DNA of 27,076 bases from a virus, in IMG/VR virus record IMGVR_UViG_3300045988_185299, positions 1-27,076 of that record; one strand, written 5' to 3'. How positions within the stretch are numbered: position 1 is the first letter of the stretch; each line of letters opens with the position of its first letter. Position numbers and translations under genes: made by a program. A model generated the notes under the pieces. It was not told the origin of the DNA, made no database searches, and worked only from the letters and a program-made list of their open reading frames with translations. This document shows positions 24,208 to 27,076 of the stretch, piece by piece.

Positions 24208-25404
24208 ATGAGCAGCAAGATTTTTGACGATTTCCAAGAAATGTTCCATGACGAGTCGGAATTTATCGACTCTATCCGGGACATGGAAAACAACAGCGAG
24301 TGGCTCCCCGAAATCCCTCGCAAAGAGCTTCAGGTCATTCCTCTGGATGGGCCGATGTTCGTAGCGGATGCTGTGGCAAAGTATGGCGTTGACCATGATA
24401 CAGCACATGATACCGCCGTCAACGATTTGCATGGTGGTTACGGTACGAACCTCATGGTTCAGTATCAGGGCACGACCTGGTGCCTGCGTGATACCGGTCG
24501 TGCGACACTCTACACCACCGCCGGTTTGATTGGCCCCGCCAATGCGAACATGGTGAAAGCGGAAGGGTTTGCCGACCTTGCGCAGTGCTTGAATATCGCT
24601 CTGCGGTATGCCAAGGGAAACGGGCTTCTCCTGCTGCGTTATGGCAAACTGTCCGCGCTGCACAGCGGCGCATCCGACGGTTACGCCATTATGCGCATCA
24701 GCGAGTTGGTCCGTATCACGAAGGAGAAGCTGAACAACCGATTCGGCGTCCCGAAGTTCAAGGAAGGGTTCAATTCCCATAGCTATACCAGCGCTGTCTG
24801 GGAGTTGCCCGACGTCCGAGACGAACTCATTGATAAGTACCAGAAGGCGCTGTCGAACGCAGTCTCTCGGAATCACGCCATCAACTGGGTTCCTGTTGTC
24901 CGTCTGTCTACCAGCGACACGGCGACCAGTTCGGCGATTCTGATGCCGAAGCTGATGTCCCCCGGCGGTTCCTTCTCCTTTGCCATTGGAAAGGGAATCC
25001 GTGTCGAGCACAAGAAGCAGGCGGCAGGGAAGTACGGCCTGGAGAAATTTGAGGACGAAGCGGGCGGACTGTATGCGCTGTTTGAGGATGGCGCAGCAAT
25101 GATGCAGAAGATGGGAAGCATGGAAATTTCCAATCCCGTCAACTGTCTCGTTGGCATCTGCTCCTACCTGAAAATCCCCAGAAAGTATGCTGACCCTGCG
25201 CGTGAAGAAGTTGATACCTTTGCTATCAACTCCCCGCGTATGTCTGCGCTGGACATCTACCTGAGCATGGCACAAATTCCCACCTACGCCAAGCACGCAG
25301 GTGCGAGCGATGCGAAGGTTCTGGAGCTGGAAGAGCTTATCGGAAAGACGCTGAACCTCAACTGGTCCGATTATGACATCGGTGGAACAGTTGCTTGGAA
25401 GTAA
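24208..25404 (+). CDS. Hypothetical protein
   Basis: 398-aa ORF directly after module F. Confidence 0.65.
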   Translation: MSSKIFDDFQEMFHDESEFIDSIRDMENNSEWLPEIPRKELQVIPLDGPMFVADAVAKYGVDHDTAHDTAVNDLHGGYGTNLMVQYQGTTWCLRDTGRATLYTTAGLIGPANANMVKAEGFADLAQCLNIALRYAKGNGLLLLRYGKLSALHSGASDGYAIMRISELVRITKEKLNNRFGVPKFKEGFNSHSYTSAVWELPDVRDELIDKYQKALSNAVSRNHAINWVPVVRLSTSDTATSSAILMPKLMSPGGSFSFAIGKGIRVEHKKQAAGKYGLEKFEDEAGGLYALFEDGAAMMQKMGSMEISNPVNCLVGICSYLKIPRKYADPAREEVDTFAINSPRMSALDIYLSMAQIPTYAKHAGASDAKVLELEELIGKTLNLNWSDYDIGGTVAWK

Positions 25405-25463
25405 GTGATTACGGCGGTGTGCGGAGCAATCCCACACCGCCGCCCATGAAAGGAGAACTGCTT

Positions 25464-25712
25464 ATGTATGTCGAAAAGACAGATACCTACACCTGCGATT
25501 TCTGCGGCCACAACGCGAAGTGGGACGCCTCCGATGACGTCCACGGGGAACTGTGGTCGTGTGAGGCGGAAGGATGCGGAAAGGTTTTCTGCTCCAAGTG
25601 CTTCATCAGCGCGTTTGGACAGGAAATCTACATGACCATGATGCAGAGCGGCGAAAACGTCCTCTGCCCGGAATGCGCGAAGAAAAAGTACAAAAAGGAG
25701 AATGAGAAATGA
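25464..25712 (+). CDS. Zinc-finger-like small protein
   Basis: YTCDFCGHNAKW...WSCEAEGCGKVFCSKCF...VLCPECAKK; ATG 25464 after AAAGGAG. Confidence 0.6.
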   Translation: MYVEKTDTYTCDFCGHNAKWDASDDVHGELWSCEAEGCGKVFCSKCFISAFGQEIYMTMMQSGENVLCPECAKKKYKKENEK

Positions 25713-27076
25713 GTTATTTTGAATGCAATCTGCCTGATTCCTGCCCGCACATCTGTGCGGGAAAACGGTCCTACTTCGAGGACACGGTGAAGGTCATTAA
25801 GGCCCGTATGGCAAAACTCGATGACGCGCTCGCAAAGTCCGGCATGGACGGCGCGGCGTTCGCGAAGACGGCCAAAATCCTGTTTGACAACAGCTTTGAC
25901 CTGTTCGAGCGGATGGACAGCGTGGAACTTGCCATGTGGGTGCAGAACAGCTACGACGGGAAGCCTGTCGAGCATCGCTTCGAGTGGCCGAATGCGGAGG
26001 TCGTCGTTGACTGCGCTTTCGTGCAGACGAAAGAGTGGGAGGCCCTTCGTCACTTCGGCATCGGCGGCTCTGACGCCGCCGCCATCCGTGGCGAGAGCCG
26101 GTACAAAACGGCGCAGGAGACCTACCACGACAAGGTTGGCACCCCTGAACTCATTCCGTCTAATGATGCCCAGGCCGTCTTCGAGCGTGGACACATCATG
26201 GAGGATAGAGTCATTGACGCCTTTCTGAAGCTGACTGGCTTCAAGCGGATTCCCGAAACACGGATGTTTCGTTCCAGGAAGTACCCGCATCAGACGGCGA
26301 ACATTGATGGCATTGTCATCTCACCGGATGGCCGTATCTTTGTCTTTGAGGCGAAAACGACCGTCGCTGAAAACTGGGACGCATGGAAAGACGGCAAGAT
26401 TCCCCGCTCTTATGTCCCGCAGACGCGCCAGTATCCGGCTGTGCTGGATGATGACCGCGTGCAGGGAACATACATTGGCTGCCTGTTCATCGTTGACCTT
26501 ATCGTTGGCGGACTTTACGTCGGTAGTGCGTACAGCGGCGAGCAGTTCGTCGCCCGCTGCGTTGAGCGCGATAAGCTGGCGGAAGACGACCAGCTGGCAA
26601 ACGGAGAAGAGTGGTGGAACACCTATGTGGAGCCGAATGTGGAGCCGGAGGCTTCCGGTATCCCGAAGAAGGATATCGAAGTCATCCGAACCTATCACAG
26701 CGGCTATGCAGACCCCAGCGCCGATGCTGTCGATATGACGCACGACTTGGATATGCTGGCCGCCGCAAATGAGTGGCTCACGCTTGGTGAAAACCGCGCC
26801 GCGAAGCAGAAGGAAGTCGATGCCATCAAGGAGCGCCAGGATGCTATCTCTGAATTGTTCATGCTCAAGCTGAACGACGCCGTAGAGGGACGTATCAATC
26901 TTCCCGACAATGAGTTTATGGAAGTCAAATGGAGTCCGCGTTCGAGAACGAACGTGGATATGGAAACTCTGAAAATCCGCTTCCCTGATGCGTACAATCA
27001 GTGTGTGTCAGTAAATCCGGAAAGTTCACGGGTCTTCAGCATCAAACGGAAAAAGGTGCGTACTCGCAAAAAGTGA
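25709..27076 (+). CDS. YqaJ-like viral recombinase/exonuclease (PD-(D/E)XK)
   Basis: FGIGGSDAAAIRGESRYKTAQETYHDKVG...FERGHIMEDRVI...TANIDGIVISPDGRIFVFEAKTT; ends at TGA 27074-27076. Confidence 0.85.
   Translation: MSYFECNLPDSCPHICAGKRSYFEDTVKVIKARMAKLDDALAKSGMDGAAFAKTAKILFDNSFDLFERMDSVELAMWVQNSYDGKPVEHRFEWPNAEVVVDCAFVQTKEWEALRHFGIGGSDAAAIRGESRYKTAQETYHDKVGTPELIPSNDAQAVFERGHIMEDRVIDAFLKLTGFKRIPETRMFRSRKYPHQTANIDGIVISPDGRIFVFEAKTTVAENWDAWKDGKIPRSYVPQTRQYPAVLDDDRVQGTYIGCLFIVDLIVGGLYVGSAYSGEQFVARCVERDKLAEDDQLANGEEWWNTYVEPNVEPEASGIPKKDIEVIRTYHSGYADPSADAVDMTHDLDMLAAANEWLTLGENRAAKQKEVDAIKERQDAISELFMLKLNDAVEGRINLPDNEFMEVKWSPRSRTNVDMETLKIRFPDAYNQCVSVNPESSRVFSIKRKKVRTRKK

Noticed and set aside
24166-25437. 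Minus-strand ORF (423 aa)
   Set aside because: Antisense to 24208-25404, which directly follows leader module F and has a good RBS.

Overview
The window looks like an accessory region of a large Firmicutes-type mobile element or phage. The evidence is a DUF1064-like protein, a YqaJ-like exonuclease, a sigma-70-family factor, and many short plus-strand ORFs with AAAGGAGAAATG-type ribosome-binding sites. The main find is at about 1180-3472. There a CRISPR-like array (nine 36-nt repeats; spacers mostly exactly 30 nt, one of 31 nt and one of 9 nt) lies between a structured ncRNA region and an IscB-family ORF. The ncRNA region contains an anti-repeat (1228-1244) perfectly complementary to repeat 2. 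The IscB-like protein keeps the PLMP, arginine-rich bridge-helix, HNH/zinc-finger and C-terminal domains, but three of the four expected RuvC catalytic residues are replaced (D->G59, E->K154, H->C310), and the HNH domain may also be altered. I infer a RuvC-inactive, dual-RNA (tracr-like/crRNA-like) IscB system, possibly a nickase or an RNA-guided repressor. CRISPR-associated IscBs have been reported before, so the candidate novelty is the degenerate RuvC combined with this architecture. A second, degenerate ncRNA tail plus mini-array (two repeats, 11-nt spacer) lies at 1-235. Comparing the two ncRNA copies shows one compensatory base-pair change. Immediately downstream of the IscB-like ORF is a probable type I toxin-antitoxin pair: a 28-30 aa hydrophobic peptide facing a near-consensus antisense promoter. 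The rest of the window carries six copies of a conserved ~170-bp operon-leader module (phased GGTTCYNN octamers, a GTATG-N7-CATAC dyad, and a covarying hairpin), a consensus promoter upstream of the sigma factor gene, a radical SAM/ATP-grasp-like pair, and a secreted SLH/beta-lactamase-like protein.
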